A stretch of DNA of 64,000 nt from Lama glama (Eukaryota): the NCBI GenBank assembly GCA_028534125.1, contig CM052817.1, positions 5,086,001 through 5,150,000 on the forward strand. The letters run 5' to 3'. Within the stretch, counting starts at the first letter, position 1. Every line of letters starts with the position of its first letter. Both the position numbers and the translations under genes were made by a program. Shown one piece after another: positions 13,201 through 27,300 of the stretch. The notes under the pieces were generated by a model that did not search any database, was not told the origin of the DNA, and saw nothing but the letters and a program-made list of their open reading frames with translations.

Positions 13201-13680
13201 CACAGAAGAGGCTACAGAAGGAGCTGGGCGACACCCAAGGCTACATTACAGAGTCTCTGTCTTCCTTTAAAACAGCTCTTGTCTTTGTTCCTTAGATTTG
13301 GATCCTAATTCTCCTACTTGCTAAGTGGCTGGTCTTAGACAAATTCCTCAACCAGCCTTTATTTCACTGCAAAACGATCTAGTGTATCCCTTCCACGTGC
13401 CAGTCACAGTGCTGGGGTGGGAGGAGACGGAGGGGTGAGCAAAAGCAGGGGTGGGCCTGCCGTCAAGTTACTCACTGTCTGCTTGAGGAGAAAGAGACTC
13501 ATCAAATAGTCAGGTGGAGACAAGGGGTCTGGGGCAGGAGTACAGTTCTGGGAGAAGCTGTAATGAGGGTCCAGCCTGGGCAAGGAGTCAGGAAAGCTTT
13601 CCTTAAGGAAACTGCACCTGAGCTGAGAGCAGCAGGACAAGGAGGAAATATCCAGGTGACGAAGGAGGTTGAGGTAGAAA

Positions 13681-13775
13681 TAGGGCTGCCAGATAAAATG
13701 CAAAACACCTAGTTAAACTCGTATTTTATAGAAACAACAAATAATGTCTCATGTAAGTATGTTCCAAGTATACAC
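13681..13775. mobile_element. MER53-like hAT MITE half
   Basis: agggctgccagataaaatgcaaaacacctagttaaa...aaacaacaaataa resembles the MER53 terminus as recalled. Confidence 0.55.
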
Positions 13776-13933
13776 ATGGTGCTCAATAAAGTTTAGGAGC
13801 TACCAAGCTACCTCCTCTTCCTCCCCACCATCATTGCCTCCCTCTGTTTTTCAACTGCCTCCAACCAATTCTAGATTCCCCATCACTGGACCCTTGCAAC
13901 TTCCCCCAGCTGCCTTCATTTAAGAAAGGAATA

Positions 13934-14072
13934 ATATCATATAATATTTGTCTTTCTCCGTCTGACTTACTTCACTTAGTATAATCTCTAGGTCACTATG
14001 CTGTACACTAGAAACTAACACAACATTGTAAATCAACTATGCTTAATCAATCAGTCAATCAATCAATCAATC
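13934..14072. mobile_element. Small 5'-inverted LINE-1 3' fragment
   Basis: Antisense L1 segment 13934-13994 joined to a sense L1 tail (actatgctgtacactagaaactaacac...) and a (TCAA)n tail. Confidence 0.7.
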
Positions 14073-15159
14073 TTTATTGCTTTAAGCCAAAAGAAAAAAA
14101 AAAGAATGGTTAGATTCTGATAAAAATTCTGATCAAAAAACCCTGGAAGTGAAGATTTTATTTGATATCAGCTTAAGCTATTCCGTTACAAAGTCCATGC
14201 AAGTAAGTATGATATTATACACTAATATTGGAAGGCAATGGCTCATGAGTGAAAATGGCTGCTACAAAAAGGCCGCATGTATTACCGGGATATGGAGTCA
14301 GTTGCTACAGTTGCTACAGCAGAGACCCAAGAAAAGCATTTCTTTCCCACATACACGGGCTAGCCGGGCAGCCATCCTGCTGCAGGGACCCAGCTTCTCC
14401 TCACTTCGTTGTTGCATCTTTGCTTTACAGTCGGCCTCTGATCATTCCAGCATCTGATGTCTTTGTAGGTCTCATTCTATCATCTGTTGTTTCTGTGGGC
14501 TGCCTCTTGTGGAGTCTTGTTTCCATGCTTGGTTATGTTAACTAAATGAATGAACAGATGTTTCCACTGAGTCCACTGGCCCCATGTTTCTGCTTGAACC
14601 AGTGGAAAGGGAAGAAAGGGTGCTGAAGAGGGTATGGCCCTCCCCTGGCAGGCACAACTCGGAGCTTATACAAACCACGCTCACACCTTTTGAGCAGAAC
14701 TAAGCCAAACAGCCACAGTTGGCGGGAAACCCTGAGAAATGTAGTCCTCACTTTGGCAGTGGCCATAGCTTGGCCAAAACGTAAGGCTTCTCTTACCATG
14801 GACAGGGGTAAGAACGGATGTCGGAATCCACCAGCGGTTTCCCAAGAGCCGAGACTCAGAGGTCACTCAGAGTAGACTCAGCTGGCGCATCCTTCCGCTA
14901 CGGCTCTGTTCTGGCTACAGAGGATGAGGACACAGAGGCCCTGGAACCTCGGTGGCTGGGAAGACCGAGATGCTGGGGAGGAGCAAAACCCAGAAACAAA
15001 TCTTAGGCTAATTAGGACAAGCAGCTAAATGCGCTGTTCAGTGCCAGCCACGATGAAAGAGCAAGTTTTCCACTGGAGTTGCTCGCAAATTCAAAGCAGC
15101 TTCCACAAAGGAGACACAGCTTGAAAAACTTCTGCGAATATATATTCACAGAAGATATG

Positions 15160-15172
15160 TACACACACACAC

Positions 15173-15268
<96 letters not shown>
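15160..15268. repeat. Compound microsatellite (CA)n(TA)n(GA)n
   Basis: Directly visible. Confidence 0.97.
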
Positions 15269-15271
<3 letters not shown>

Positions 15272-15920
15272 CCTCAGCTTAGCCTAGCCCTGGAAGAACA
15301 TCAGAGTTAGATTATGTCACATGAGGGACAACAGTTGATGCTAATGAAAAAAGTTACCACATTTGACTTATGTGTTTGCAGTTCTTTTAAAACCGGTCCT
15401 TATTTTATGTCTGTATTATGTCTGCCAATTACTGAGTTGAACATTTGTCTTGCTGCTTTAGTGAGATCAAGCCCTGTGTGATTTTATCCCTTGTTCACGC
15501 AGTGAAGCCTTAATGTGTGCCCACTCTCTGCCAGGTATGGCTCCAGGCCCAGCAGGGAGGCAGACCTTGCAAAGACTCAACTTTCTCCCCCAGGTTGTGT
15601 GTGTCATCCCTAGAAAGGTGCATCCATTAGCCTACCTATCCATTTGCAGCAGCCCCACGGGGCTAAAGGCATTCTAGAAACTTCCACCATTGCGTTTGGT
15701 AGAGGTGATCCTATGGGAAGGAAGAGACTCTGGGGAAAGACAGTCTTGGGTTGGAATCCTTCCTCCCCAGGTTCCCACTGTGTGGCCCTGGGTACTGGCT
15801 TCACCCTGAGAGTGAGGATCTCATGAGGCCTGGAAGCCAGCAGCTGGCATGGTGTAGATGTGAGAGCAATGGGCTTGGGGAGCAAGTGGACTCTGTTTTA
15901 ATCTTGACTCTGACTCCTCT

Positions 15921-16030
15921 GTGGTAGCCAACTGTCCTGGTTTGCCGAGAACGGAAGGTTTCCAGGGATGTGGAAATCTTAGTGCTGAAGCCAGGGCCAT
16001 CCCAGGCCAACCAGGACAGTTGGTCACCCT
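15921..16030. mobile_element. MER81-like hAT-Blackjack MITE
   Basis: Terminal inverted repeats ggtagccaactgtcctggttt / aaccaggacagttggtcaccct, about 110 bp. Confidence 0.7.
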
Positions 16031-17376
16031 CCTACAAGGCAGGTGATCCTGGGTAAGATACGCAACACTTCCGAGCCTCAATTTCTTTACATACAAAAAT
16101 GGGGATGGTGACGTCTGCTTGGCAGAGGAGCTGTTGGGAGTAGAAAGAGTGCCTTGTGCAGAGGAATCACCCTCATCATTATTAATAGTATTAATTTCTC
16201 CCCATCCTGAGTTCCTATTTTATAACGGTTGATGCCCTAAGTTTACCACGAGTGTTCCTACAGCTCTGCCAGCCCATTTTAAAGCAGCCAAAATGAAGGG
16301 CTTTCTTCCTGATGCATTGTTTCTCCAGGGACGGGTCTGGGAAGGCTCCCAGCCCCTCAGGTCCCCCGAATCCTGGACCTGAGTCCTTCCCTCCTTCCAG
16401 TGTGGCCAGTTACAAACCTTCCCTCCAGCCACTGTCATGGCCATTGCTGGGCTCTGCAGCTCCAAGACAGCCCCAGGCGTGGCCTTGTGCAACCTCAGCT
16501 TAACTATATTCGAATTCCTTCCTAAAATGAATTATCAAGAAAAAAGAAGGCCAGATACAGGCTGGTGTTTCTTTGTCAAAGGAAAGCAAAATTCACCCTT
16601 CATTCCAAGTAAAATTGCTTCATAATCCAGTGATTTCATCCAGCCTTCCAGGCTCCCAGAAGGAGCTAGAAGTCCTCAGGACATGGCTAAGTGTAGCAGC
16701 CCAGTCCTGTCCCGGAGAGGTGCAAATGTGCAGGAATGTGGAGGCTTCTCCAACCTTCTCGGTCCTATCACAAATGACTCCCTTCTTCCTTTCCAAGCCC
16801 AGCCCTTCAGGTCTTTAGAATGGGAAACACGCACATTGATTGCAAATTAGATCCATTTGTGGAGACAGAGAGGGTGGAAAAAATGCCAGAACATTCTTTT
16901 TCTTTTCCTTCTTCAAGAAGGAAATACATGCATATTGTTTCTGCGGGAAGCTTATCTTGGAGGTAAACCTGTGCCCCAGCTCCCCTGCTGTAGGAAGTTT
17001 TAGATGCAGACCTGTTGGACTCAAGCCATCTTCTGAAAGTTAACAGAATGTTGCTCTGCCCCAGCTGAGGCCACCGGAACCATGACAAGGTGTGGCCCCT
17101 GCCCCAGGAGTGATTCCAGACACAGAACATGTGGAGGTTTTCAGGGGACCCTCTTCCTGGCCCCCTGCTAGGAGCCAGTCTCCTCCGCATTGTGTCTCAT
17201 GGACCAGAAAGGCATCCCAGGGCCATGTAAGCCAATCACAGGCCAGCGGCCCAGGGCACCAGGATGGATTTAAATCAACCAAGACCCCATCTCTGGAGCT
17301 GGGCTGGAGGCAGCCTCCCTTGAAGCTTGTGGCCACAGGGACTGAGGAAGTTAGAGGATAGTCAGTGATAAGAGCT

Positions 17377-17852
17377 ATTGACTTTTTAAAAATGCACAGC
17401 CTAAACTCTGAGAATCGTGCTTTATCTGCTGGGCTTTCTGAGGACTTCAAGCCCGGGAGGCAGCCTCCCAGATCACCCTAAGGGACTGCTCGGAAGAGGC
17501 AAGGGAGGAGCCACGATATGTGAGTTTTTGCAACAAAGACCAGGTTGTCAGAACATCAAAAGATTAGTGTTAATTAAAGAAAACAAGATGCCCCAAGTTG
17601 AGGAATTTAGCACTTTTCTGTGTATGAGAAGGTGCAAAATCTGGGCTCACTGAAATCATTCCTTTGATGTGCACCTTAGCTGTCTAGGGCCAGTGTCCTG
17701 TTCTTCCCCATCCTGAGTCCCCTCAGGAGGCAGCCCTGGGGGTGGCTGCAGAGGCTGGGCATCCTTTTTGTCACCATCCTAGGTTTCCTCCAGCTAACCA
17801 CCGGGGTGTCGGTAGTGGCTGATGGCTTAATGGCCACAGCATCCTTTGTTTT
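17377..17852. mobile_element. ERV1 solo LTR, MER41-like (cetartiodactyl)
   Basis: gaacatcaaaagattagtgttaattaaagaaaac...gggctcactgaaatcattcctttgatgtgcacc resembles the MER41-type LTRs of cetartiodactyls as recalled. Confidence 0.55.
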
Positions 17853-19125
17853 ATCTCCCCCAGTGCTTGCCAGAGGCCAGCAACTTTTTCTCCTCCATTA
17901 CTTCATGTCACCCTCACACAACCCACACAGTGGCATAGCAATCTCTGTCAGCACCTGGCCCACGCCCGCACTCCACTCCCAGCTGGCTCTTGAGTCCCCA
18001 GACCCGTCCCTGGCTTCCTGCATCTCTGCCTAAGGATGCTCTCTGGTCCCAGGGACGTCCTTGGCTCACACACAGGTGGGTGGGAAGTTCTGGGGCATTA
18101 ACACCCCGAGAGCAGCTCACAGTTGGTGGATAAACACTCTGGGTCCCCATCCCCATGGTGGGACGACTCAGGGTGTGTTCTTCACACTCTTCAGAGGCTC
18201 TGGGGGACCCACCCACCTTCACCCCCTTCCACATTCTTCCTGGTCATCACCAAATAAATTACTTGAATCTAATCTGTGTTGAGGGTCAAAACATAGGGTA
18301 GCCCAGTGAAATTATTGGGCATATTTATTACTGTCCCTATTTTATGGATGGAGCGGCCAGGTTTGGGGGCCACAGATTTGGGATCCACGTCATCACAGAG
18401 GTGATGAGCGGGCTGGAGCCGACTCTCACGCCTGTGTTGTCTCCACAGCATCACAGCAGGAAGGTTTGCCCGCCTTAACCACTGCTCTTTTTAGCAACAC
18501 GAATTGACTGGGGGACTCGTTGCAGCTTAGTGCTGTCCTTGCTAAGTAACCACAGCAGAGAGAGATAACCACCTGCGTACGAATCCACAGTCCCTCAGAG
18601 GCCACAGAGCCCATGCCCGCCCAGCAGCTCCTCTGAGCCTCACACCGCCCTGTGAGAGGGGCAGGCGTACTTCTTTCCTGCTGCCCTGCCCCTGGGGACA
18701 GAGAGACCTTGGGATGCCAAGTGACCTCTCCAAAGCTGCACAGCTGCGAAGTGGCAGAGCTGGGGCTGGACCACGAGCCCCGCCGTCCATTATGACTGGC
18801 CCTCTCCGGGGCCCTGGCGTGAGAGCCCGCGGCAACAGGAGGCCAAGCCCGGAGGAGATCCTACCAGGAAGAGGGAGCCCCACCCCTGAAGACTCAACAG
18901 TGATGAATGACTTTCCTAACCCTGAGTCAGTGTCAGGCAAGGAGGCCTCCTGCAACCAGCCAAGTCAGAAGGACCAGCCCCGCTGCCAGGAAGGCCAGGC
19001 CGGGTCAGATCCCATAACATGCTTGGCAGATTAGCAGGTCACAGTCGCAGCTGGCAGGGCCCCTGAGGTGGAGGGAGTCTCAGCCTCATGTGGATGCTCA
19101 GCCAGCTTTCCATGGCTGCATCTTT

Positions 19126-19248
19126 GGGTTTGGTTTTTTTTTTTTTTTTTCCGGCCCTTTTCTTTTTAATGGAGATACTGAGGTTGGAACCCGGGACCTC
19201 ATGCCTGCTAAGCACGCGCTCTACCACTGAGCTACACCCACCCTCCCC
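19126..19248 (-). mobile_element. Vic-1-like SINE
   Basis: Reverse complement of the tRNA-like head and a poly-T tail. TSD tggctgcatc at 19113 and 19249. Confidence 0.85.
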
Positions 19249-20534
19249 TGGCTGCATCCTTTGGGAAAACCGTTTCAGCAAATCTGATGAGGCCATCCTC
19301 CCCACAAGAAGAGGTACTGTTAAGTCAAGAAGAAATGGGATGCGCAGGCTTCCGGAGGGCTGGAGCTGGCAGGGTCCTTGAAATCAGCCAAGGCCAAGGG
19401 CCAAGACTTATTCACAGATGAGGAGAATGGAGGCCCAGAGGGTGTGAGTGAGTCTCCCAAGGGCCCGTCCCTGTGTGGATCAGAGAAAGCCAGGACTCAG
19501 ATCCACGTGTCCTGGCTCCCAGCCCACTGCCTCCTCTCTACTCATCATTTTGCATTTAAGAGGGAAATAGTTATTTCTCATGCTTGAGTCATTCAGTTTC
19601 ACAGCATGCCGATGAGGGTGGCAGATAAGGGACTGTCTCCCTATTCCCTAAGAAAGGAAGCTGAAGAGAGGAAGCAGTCACTGTCAAGATCACCCAGGGA
19701 CCATGAGGCCCCTCATGGCAATGAAGGTTGCTGGGATGGTCGGCAGACGATGAAGAGATAGAAGTAGAGGCTGGCAGGATGTGGGTCCCTGATTCATGCT
19801 GACGCGGGCTGGGGCCCCTGGAAGTCGGACTCACAGGGTCCCCAGGGCCTGGCAATCTTTTAGGGAGAAGAGTCTGACTTGGACAAACCAGCCACTCAGT
19901 GTTCAGGTTCTGGGGAACAAGCCCTGTACCCATAGCCCGAGTTCTAACCTTTGGGGTATGTTTGAGTAACTTTAATAAGTGAACCCTGAAGAGTCTTAGG
20001 AGAAGATCATGAGCACGTCTCATCGCCTCCTCCCGCGGCCCTGCCGACCTCACTCTCACGCCTCTTGCAGAAGCTCACACGATGTGGACTCGAAGAGAAA
20101 AGAGCTGGCAAGACTGTTCTTTGCTGGTCCCGGGCTTTCAGCTGGTGGCTGAGCAGAGCTTAATTTGGGTCTTCTCAGAGCCGGGGGTCTTTGGATGGAA
20201 AGTGACGCCTGACTGAGTCTGGGCGAAAGATTGGGGTGGAAGCTCTGTTCTCCTAGTGGGAGACCAGTGTTGCCCCCGTCTCTGCGGAGTCCTTCATTTA
20301 GCCTCTCAAAAAGCATCAGAGGGCACCCCCTACAGGCCTGCCCTGGTGGCGCAGGGGTTCTCTGTGGTGAAGATGCTCACAGCCTGAAGGAAACCAGAGG
20401 TGGGCGCAGAGCAGGGAGGTGGGGCCCTGGTGCCAGGTGTGTATCTATGTCTCCATGGGGCACAGAGGAGGCTCAGCTAAGAACACCTGGGGACAGGTGA
20501 AGTCAGGGAAGGATTCTCAGAGGAAATGATTTGA

Positions 20535-21335
20535 CAAATGATAAATGCTGGAGAAGGTGTAGAGAAAAGGGAACACTCCTATACTGTTGGTGGAAATGTA
20601 GTTTGGTGCAGCCTTTATGGAAAACGGTATGGAGATTCCTTAAAAACTGAAAATAGACCTACCATATGATTCAGCGGTCCCACTTCTGGGGATATATCCG
20701 GAGAAAAAACTCTAATTCGAAAAGACACATGCACCCTAATGTTCATTGCAGCACTATTTACAATAGCCAAGACCTGGAAACAACCAAAATGTACATCAAC
20801 AGATGACTGGATAAACAAGTTGGGGTATATTTATACAATGGAATACTACTCAGCCATAAAAAGAATAAAATAGTGCCTTTTGCAGCAACATGGACGGAAC
20901 TGGAGATTGTCATTCTAAGTGAAGTAAGTCAGAAAGAGAAAGGAAAATACCATATGGTAACACTTGTATGTGGAATCTAAAAAAAGACATAAATGAATTT
21001 ATTTACAAAACATAAACAGACTCAGACATAGAAAACAAAATCATGGTTACCAGGGGGAAAGTGGGTGGGAAGGGATACATTGGGATTCGAGATTTGCAGA
21101 TACTAACTAATACATATAAAATAGATAAACAAGTTTCTTCTATATAGCACAGGGAACTAAATTCAATATCTTATTAGTCTATAATGACAAAGAATATGAA
21201 AAGGAATATATGTATGTACATGTGTGACTGAAACATGATGCTGTACACCAGAAGTTGACACAACATTGTAAACTGACTATACTTCAATTGAAAAAGCTTA
21301 AAAATTAAAAAAACACATACAATTTAAAAAGAAGA
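20535..21335 (+). mobile_element. 5'-truncated LINE-1 (ORF2 end + 3' UTR)
   Basis: Homologous to the 240-1040 copy, with an A-rich tail. tgatttga is repeated at 20527 and 21338. Confidence 0.9.
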
Positions 21336-24019
21336 GGTGATTTGAGCCACAGAGTGTCACATGCCTGTGTTGGTGGAGGCCAAAATCTCAATCTGCCATC
21401 TCCACCGTAAGACAAAGGAGCAGACCCGGGAGGAAGGCAGGGACGCATCTGAAGGGAACGAGGTCAGTGAAAGCACAGAGGTGTGCTTGATGGACAGTGC
21501 CAACAGTCCCTTCCAGAGCCGAGAATGTCCCAGAGCACTAGAACTGAGAATCTTCTAGAATTCTGGGCCTAGAATGTTCTAGAATTCTGGGGCCTGGAAT
21601 TTTCTGGAGTTCTAGAGCCCAAGTGTTGGGGAAAGCATGGTGAGAGAGGGCGGCACAGACCAAGCCTTTTGAGAAATTTGGATGTCCTCACACTGTGGCC
21701 GGTGGGAATGGGGTGGCAGAGGAGGAGGGCATGAATGGGGAGACTGAGGCAAGCACCAGCATTCCAGGGTGCATCCTCTGTGCTGTTCTGGGGTCTCCCC
21801 ATCCCTGTTCTCACTCTGTCCTCCCACGGGCCTGGGAAGTGGGTCCCACTGTTATCCCCTCTTCTGTGGAGAAGTCTATCCATGCACCCAGGGCTTGGAG
21901 CTGGCCGCCCGGAGCCCACCAGCTGGAGATAGACCTGGTGCCTGGCAAGTTCTCCCCTCAGGCAGACCCCACCCTGCAGCCCAGTTTCAACCTGGCCCTG
22001 AACAGACACATTCCTCCCTGCTTCCCAAACTCCCATCAGCATCTGACAATAGCAACAAGGAAAAGGCCCAGAGGATCTGATGCAGGCTGTGAGGGATGCC
22101 AAGTTCTTAATGTTACCCAGCTGTGCGGAGGGGGCCTGGCCCGGGCAGCCAAAGGCGCCATGATTCTGACAGGCCGGACGGGGCCGAGAGAGTCAGGGCC
22201 CCAGCCGCTGAGCAGCACATTTGACCAGGAGCTCCCTGCGGGCAAGGAGTGAACTTCCTGGATGCCTGACCTGCAGTGGGTGCTGGGACAGGCTCGGTAG
22301 GTGCCGTTTCTTCCACACTCCTGTGCCTTTTATTCTCAGCCGCCTTGCTTTGAGTGCAGGTTCTTTCTGCCTCTGAGAGCTTCGCATCCCAGGCCCCTGC
22401 GGGTCCTCTCTGGACAGCTCCGAACAGCAGTTGACAGGCAGAACCTTGTCCAAGAACTCAACGTTGCTTCCAATGAGGTAAATCCAGGCAAAGCTGCTCA
22501 GGGAGTTGGATCCTCAAAGATGTCCATCTCCCAGGAACTCTGGGACACCAGGGCCTGGAGAAGGAGGCCGTTCTCTTTAGCAAGACAGGCTCCCGAGAGC
22601 CTCCAAGGTAATCAGATGAAGGGAGCACATCTGAGCATCCCCCCATCCTTTCTTTCAGTGACACTGGTCTCCTGGCCCCCAGGACATTTTACACAGGGAG
22701 CAGGCAGAAGTGTGCCAGGGGACAAAGGGGGGACATTATCCCAGTCCAGACATTAGACCCAAGATGGCCTCTTCTCAGCTCCAAAGAGCCACCCTGTCCA
22801 TCGGGGCTCCAGGGCACTGACCTCGTGTGGCCCTCAGTCCCCCAGGGGGTCCCCAGGCTGAGGGGCTCAGAGGCGCAGGGAAGCTTGTGAGGATGGGGGC
22901 AGCGAGAGCCCAGAATCCCTGAGAGTGGAGAAACTGACACTTAGCAGTTGGCTCCCGGGGGTGAGGTTGGGGACGTGGACCAGGGAGAGGTGTGTGAGGA
23001 AGTGGGCGGGGCTGCAGTGGTGGTAGGACTTGGAAGCTTCTGTCGCAGAGGTGAGAGCTGAGGGTGTTTAGACTCCAGGACAGGGCTGGAGGCGTGATGC
23101 GGCTACAAATCCAGCTCCAAGGCAGCCCCTGGAGAGACCCCTCATGTCAGCCCAGAGCCCCTTCTTCCCTCTCCAGTCACAAGCCCCGGTCTCAGGGGTG
23201 GGAGTGGGAGCTCCCACCTGTCTAGTGCCCAACCTCCTAGACCAAAGTGACATGTCCAGGGGGAGCTGAGCCGGCCACGGTCCTTCGCCAGGACTTATCG
23301 GGGGAGTGGGAGAAGAGACCCTTTCCTCCTGGATCTCAGCGCCCCGGGGCTGCGTCTCCCCTGGGACCGCAGTGGAAGGAAACAGACATGCAAGAGAGCC
23401 GAAGACAGACACCCTGGAGCATCTGGCTGTGGCTGTCCCTTCCGCCACTTGCCTGTGCTGATGCCTTGAGCCAACAATGTTCCTTTTAGACTTAATGAAA
23501 CTAGTTAAGTTCTGGTTTCTGGCAAACTTGCAACCAAAACACAGTCTCACACACAACAACCAGCCTGGATCCAGTTCCTGAAAGGACGTGACATTGTCGG
23601 TCTTCCCCGAGGCACCTCCTGGATCTAGCGCTGACCCCCACCCAGCACGGACCTCGCACATGGTGGTCCGCCTGCCTGCTTGTCTTTCTCTGCCCCCACC
23701 TGCCACCCCCAAGATGGTAAGCATGGAGGGCAGAACCCAACCCATCGGAGGGGGAACGTTCTTTGTGTTTACTAATTAATTACTAATTAATCCCTGTTTT
23801 GTGGCCTATGTTGGCCCAACCCAGTAGGGAACTCGGCTTCAGGGATTCCAGAAGGTGGCGACGGCCAAAATCAGGGGGCTGGCAGCCTCTGGTTCAGTTC
23901 CGAGTAGATGCGAGGCCAGAGGGTAGGGCAGGACTGACGGCAGGGAGTGGACATGTGGGGACAGGTGAGGATCAGACAGGTGAGGGGCAGGCCCCCACCC
24001 AGCAAGAGGCAAATACATG

Positions 24020-24370
24020 ATGTCTATTCATTCATTTAACAAATGTTTTCGTGGGCTTACTAGATGCAGGGATGGTTGTGGACACGAAGGTACAGTGTGG
24101 AATGAGACAGGTGCAGTCCTCCATCACGTTTACGTTATGATGCGGAGGGGGACGGACAGTGAAAAAAGTAAGCAAATCAACCTATCCTGTGACAAGGGGT
24201 GGCAAGAGTTTTGAAGACAAATGATGCTGCGCAGGAGGTGGGTTTTAGTTGGAAGGGTTAGGGTGGATCTCTGGGTGGGGGCGACACTTGAGCACGTGGT
24301 AGAGAGGTAGGTAGGCTGTGCCAGGTAGGCTGAGGTAGGCTGCCCTGTCTCCCTGGGACAGACAGAGGAG
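24020..24370 (-). mobile_element. L2 fragment
   Basis: attcattcatttaacaaatgtttt... L2 3' end pattern. Confidence 0.5.
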
Positions 24371-27300
24371 CTGATGGCCAGGGGAGGAGAGCCCAGGGTC
24401 CTGTAGCTTGTGTGGAGAGAAACAGGATCCAAACTCAAACTCGCCTAACTTTCAAATGCACATTCCTTCAAAGCGAATCTCAGGCCCCAGAGATGCAGGT
24501 CAGTGGACCAGGCTCACAGAGCAGGGGCAGGAGGTAGATCTGTGGGCAAGCAGGCGTCGAGGGGCACTCAGGCCCCTTGCTGTCTAATCACCAGGAAGGA
24601 GCCTGGGGGTCCCGTCTTGCAGGAGCAGAGGAAGCCCCTGCTCTGCCGGGGGGCAGCGGGCTCACCAGCAGCCTCTGTCGACGGTGATGCGTCTGCATGG
24701 AGCAGGGATCAGCCATCAGAAGTGCTGGGAGTCCTGGCTCTCCGGGGACCCAGAACCTGTGATGGGCGAGAAAGCACTTTTCCCTGCCTCCCCTGTGGGA
24801 GCACGCACGGGAGGTGCGAGCTACTGTTCCACCTTGAAGTGGAAATGGGGGAGAGGCGAGCTTCCAGAGCTGAGTAGGGGTATCTCAGTCTTGGACAAGA
24901 AGACCTGTCCAAGAGGTCAAGGAGATCTTGGAATGGTGTGGCCAGCGGGGCGGCCCTGATCCTGCCTCTGCAGGCAGCAGACTCCAGAGTGAAGCTAAGA
25001 TAACTGACGGAAGTCTCTCGATGCCTGGATTGAGAATGCCTGGCGTGGACAGCCACCCACTCCAGGGACAGGCAGGGGTGGCAGTATCTGAGAACCTGGA
25101 AGTGTTGTCGCAGCTGCCCTGAGGACCTGGGCGCACCTCCCTGTGGCCCCTGTCATTCAGTGAACTGACGGGACAGCCGTGCTGTCAACTTAGTGACACC
25201 AGGAAGCTGAAATTGGCAGCCCCTCCCCACATCCAGTGGACCCAGTCACTGGGGAAACACTGGCAGTAAAACCCTGGTTAGACAGGTTGGGGTCAAGTCC
25301 CAGGACAGCCCCAGACACCCTGCACACCCAGGTGGAAAATCATTTCTGAGCCGCCCCCTTTCTTCCAGAAACAGGGGGATCATACGGACCCTGGTAGGGC
25401 TTTCTGGAGCTGACAGGGGCCACTGGCTGGGAGACACCTGAGTGAAGGGAGGAACCTTCACTTTTAAATACCCGGACACGGAGCCCAGACGCCTGCAGCT
25501 CTCTCTGCACCTGGTGCGCTGGCTTCTCCTCCCGCTGGATGTCTGGGAAATGCTGACCTGACTTGAAATGTGATTCTCTGGCGTGGACTCAGAGAAGGGT
25601 GGGTCTGCAAGGGTCCCCAGACCCGGATGGGACAGCAGCGTGTGCCTTGAAAGAACACCCAACTGGGGCTGGGGATCTGCATGCTGGGCCAGGCTCTGGC
25701 GACCTTGGGGAAGTCGCTTCTCCTCTCTGGCTCTGGTCCCCTCAGCTTTCCTGTGGCCTCGTGACAGGCTTCAAGGCCCAGGCAGTGACATCAGGGATGA
25801 AGACGAGGGGTAAGATGAGGCAGTCAGGCTGGTGAGCAAACCACCTTGACGTCAAGGGGAAGGTGGCTCTGCTCCGGCCTCTCCCTGCCAAGCAGAAATG
25901 TGGGGCCAGCAGTACTGATAGTTTTTCCAAAGAAGCTTGAAATTCAGCTTTTTATGTGATAGCTCCAAATTTTAAACATTGGCAACAAAGGCTTTTTAAA
26001 AAAAAACAAAAACACTGTATGGCTCAAACCAGACATATGTTTAGGGGCTGACCCAGAGGCTGCATCTTTTGGGGGCCTGGGCATCCTGGCTTCTCAGTGG
26101 GGTCAGCCAATGGAGGGGGGGGGCTCTGGCGGGGGTTGGGGCAGGGAGGGGAGAGAAAGGAAGAAGGGAGATGACTTTCGATGACCAGGTTGCAAATTCA
26201 AACACTGCCAGGGACCAGGCAATTCCAGCAGCAGCTTATACCAGGGCAGCCCCTGGTCCACGGCTGCATCTCTCTCCAGGCTCCAATACCACTCTGTCCT
26301 CCGCTCATCTCTTTTGACTGGAAGGAAGCTATGCTTGCCGGAGGTACTACTGCTGGAAGTCTGCACATCCCTGCTGGTGGCCTTAATGCTGCCCTCCGCT
26401 CTGTACCTGGCCCTTCATTAAAACTCACCCGAGTGGGCGTTTTTCAGTGGAATTCTGGCTATACGTAACATTATCTTCACTTGTTAAAAGAAAAAACAAG
26501 GTACCAGCTGCCAAATGATGGCGTTTCTGGAAGCCAATGGCCAGCAATCTGCAGACAGTGACTGTGGATTTCTGAGCCAGGCCTTGGCATCCCCCTCATG
26601 CTGGGCGCACCCTCCAGCCTGGGCTAGCCCTCCCACTCGATGGGCAGGCTTGAGAGGTAGGGAGAACCGGACCCATTTTCCTGAGGTTAGCAGGCAAATC
26701 CCAGCTTGGCCACCGCTCTCCGTGTGACGGAGGGCAAGAGCCTTTCCGTCTCTGGGCTACTTCCATGTCGACATAAGAGGATTTGTCCCTGAGCCTCCAT
26801 GGTTTCTAGCAGCCTCCCCTGGCCAGAGGTCAGTGGTGATTCCTACCTCTTCAGGCCAAATGAAAGTTCTTCTGCAAGCCCTCTACGACACTTTATCTTA
26901 ATTAAGCATAAAAATTAGGAAATTCCAAGCTAAGCTTTCCCAAATCATGTGGGTAGAAGAAATGTTTAAATCTTTCTTGGCTGAGTCTTTGCAAGGCAAG
27001 CGTTTCCAAATGTTTGGCGCAGTCCCCCTGCCTGAGCCTCCCCCTCACTGCCTGTCCTCAGGAGGAAGGCTCCAAAGATAAGGGGGGAGGGCCAGACCTC
27101 CACCAACCAGGAGGCTGCCCAGCTGACCGTGGATGACCCATTGGCTGGGTCTCCCCAACACCTGGATGACTGACCGTGATTCTGGACTTCCATTGCACCA
27201 GATGTGTTTGGCAGCTGCCCACAGTCAGGGGGTTGGGGTTTGGAAAACTGGAGATCTGCGAACAAAAGCAAGAGTGAGAAGGGTGAGGCCTGGTTAGAAA

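Noticed and set aside
21695..23745. ORFs of 150-225 aa in moderately GC-rich DNA
   Set aside because: No homology, splice structure or compositional signal I can recognise.
25844..25857. 14-bp palindrome centred on a CRE (ccttgacgtcaagg); a second at 33834-33847
   Set aside because: About four 14-bp palindromes are expected by chance in 64 kb (64000/4^7), and there is no supporting context.
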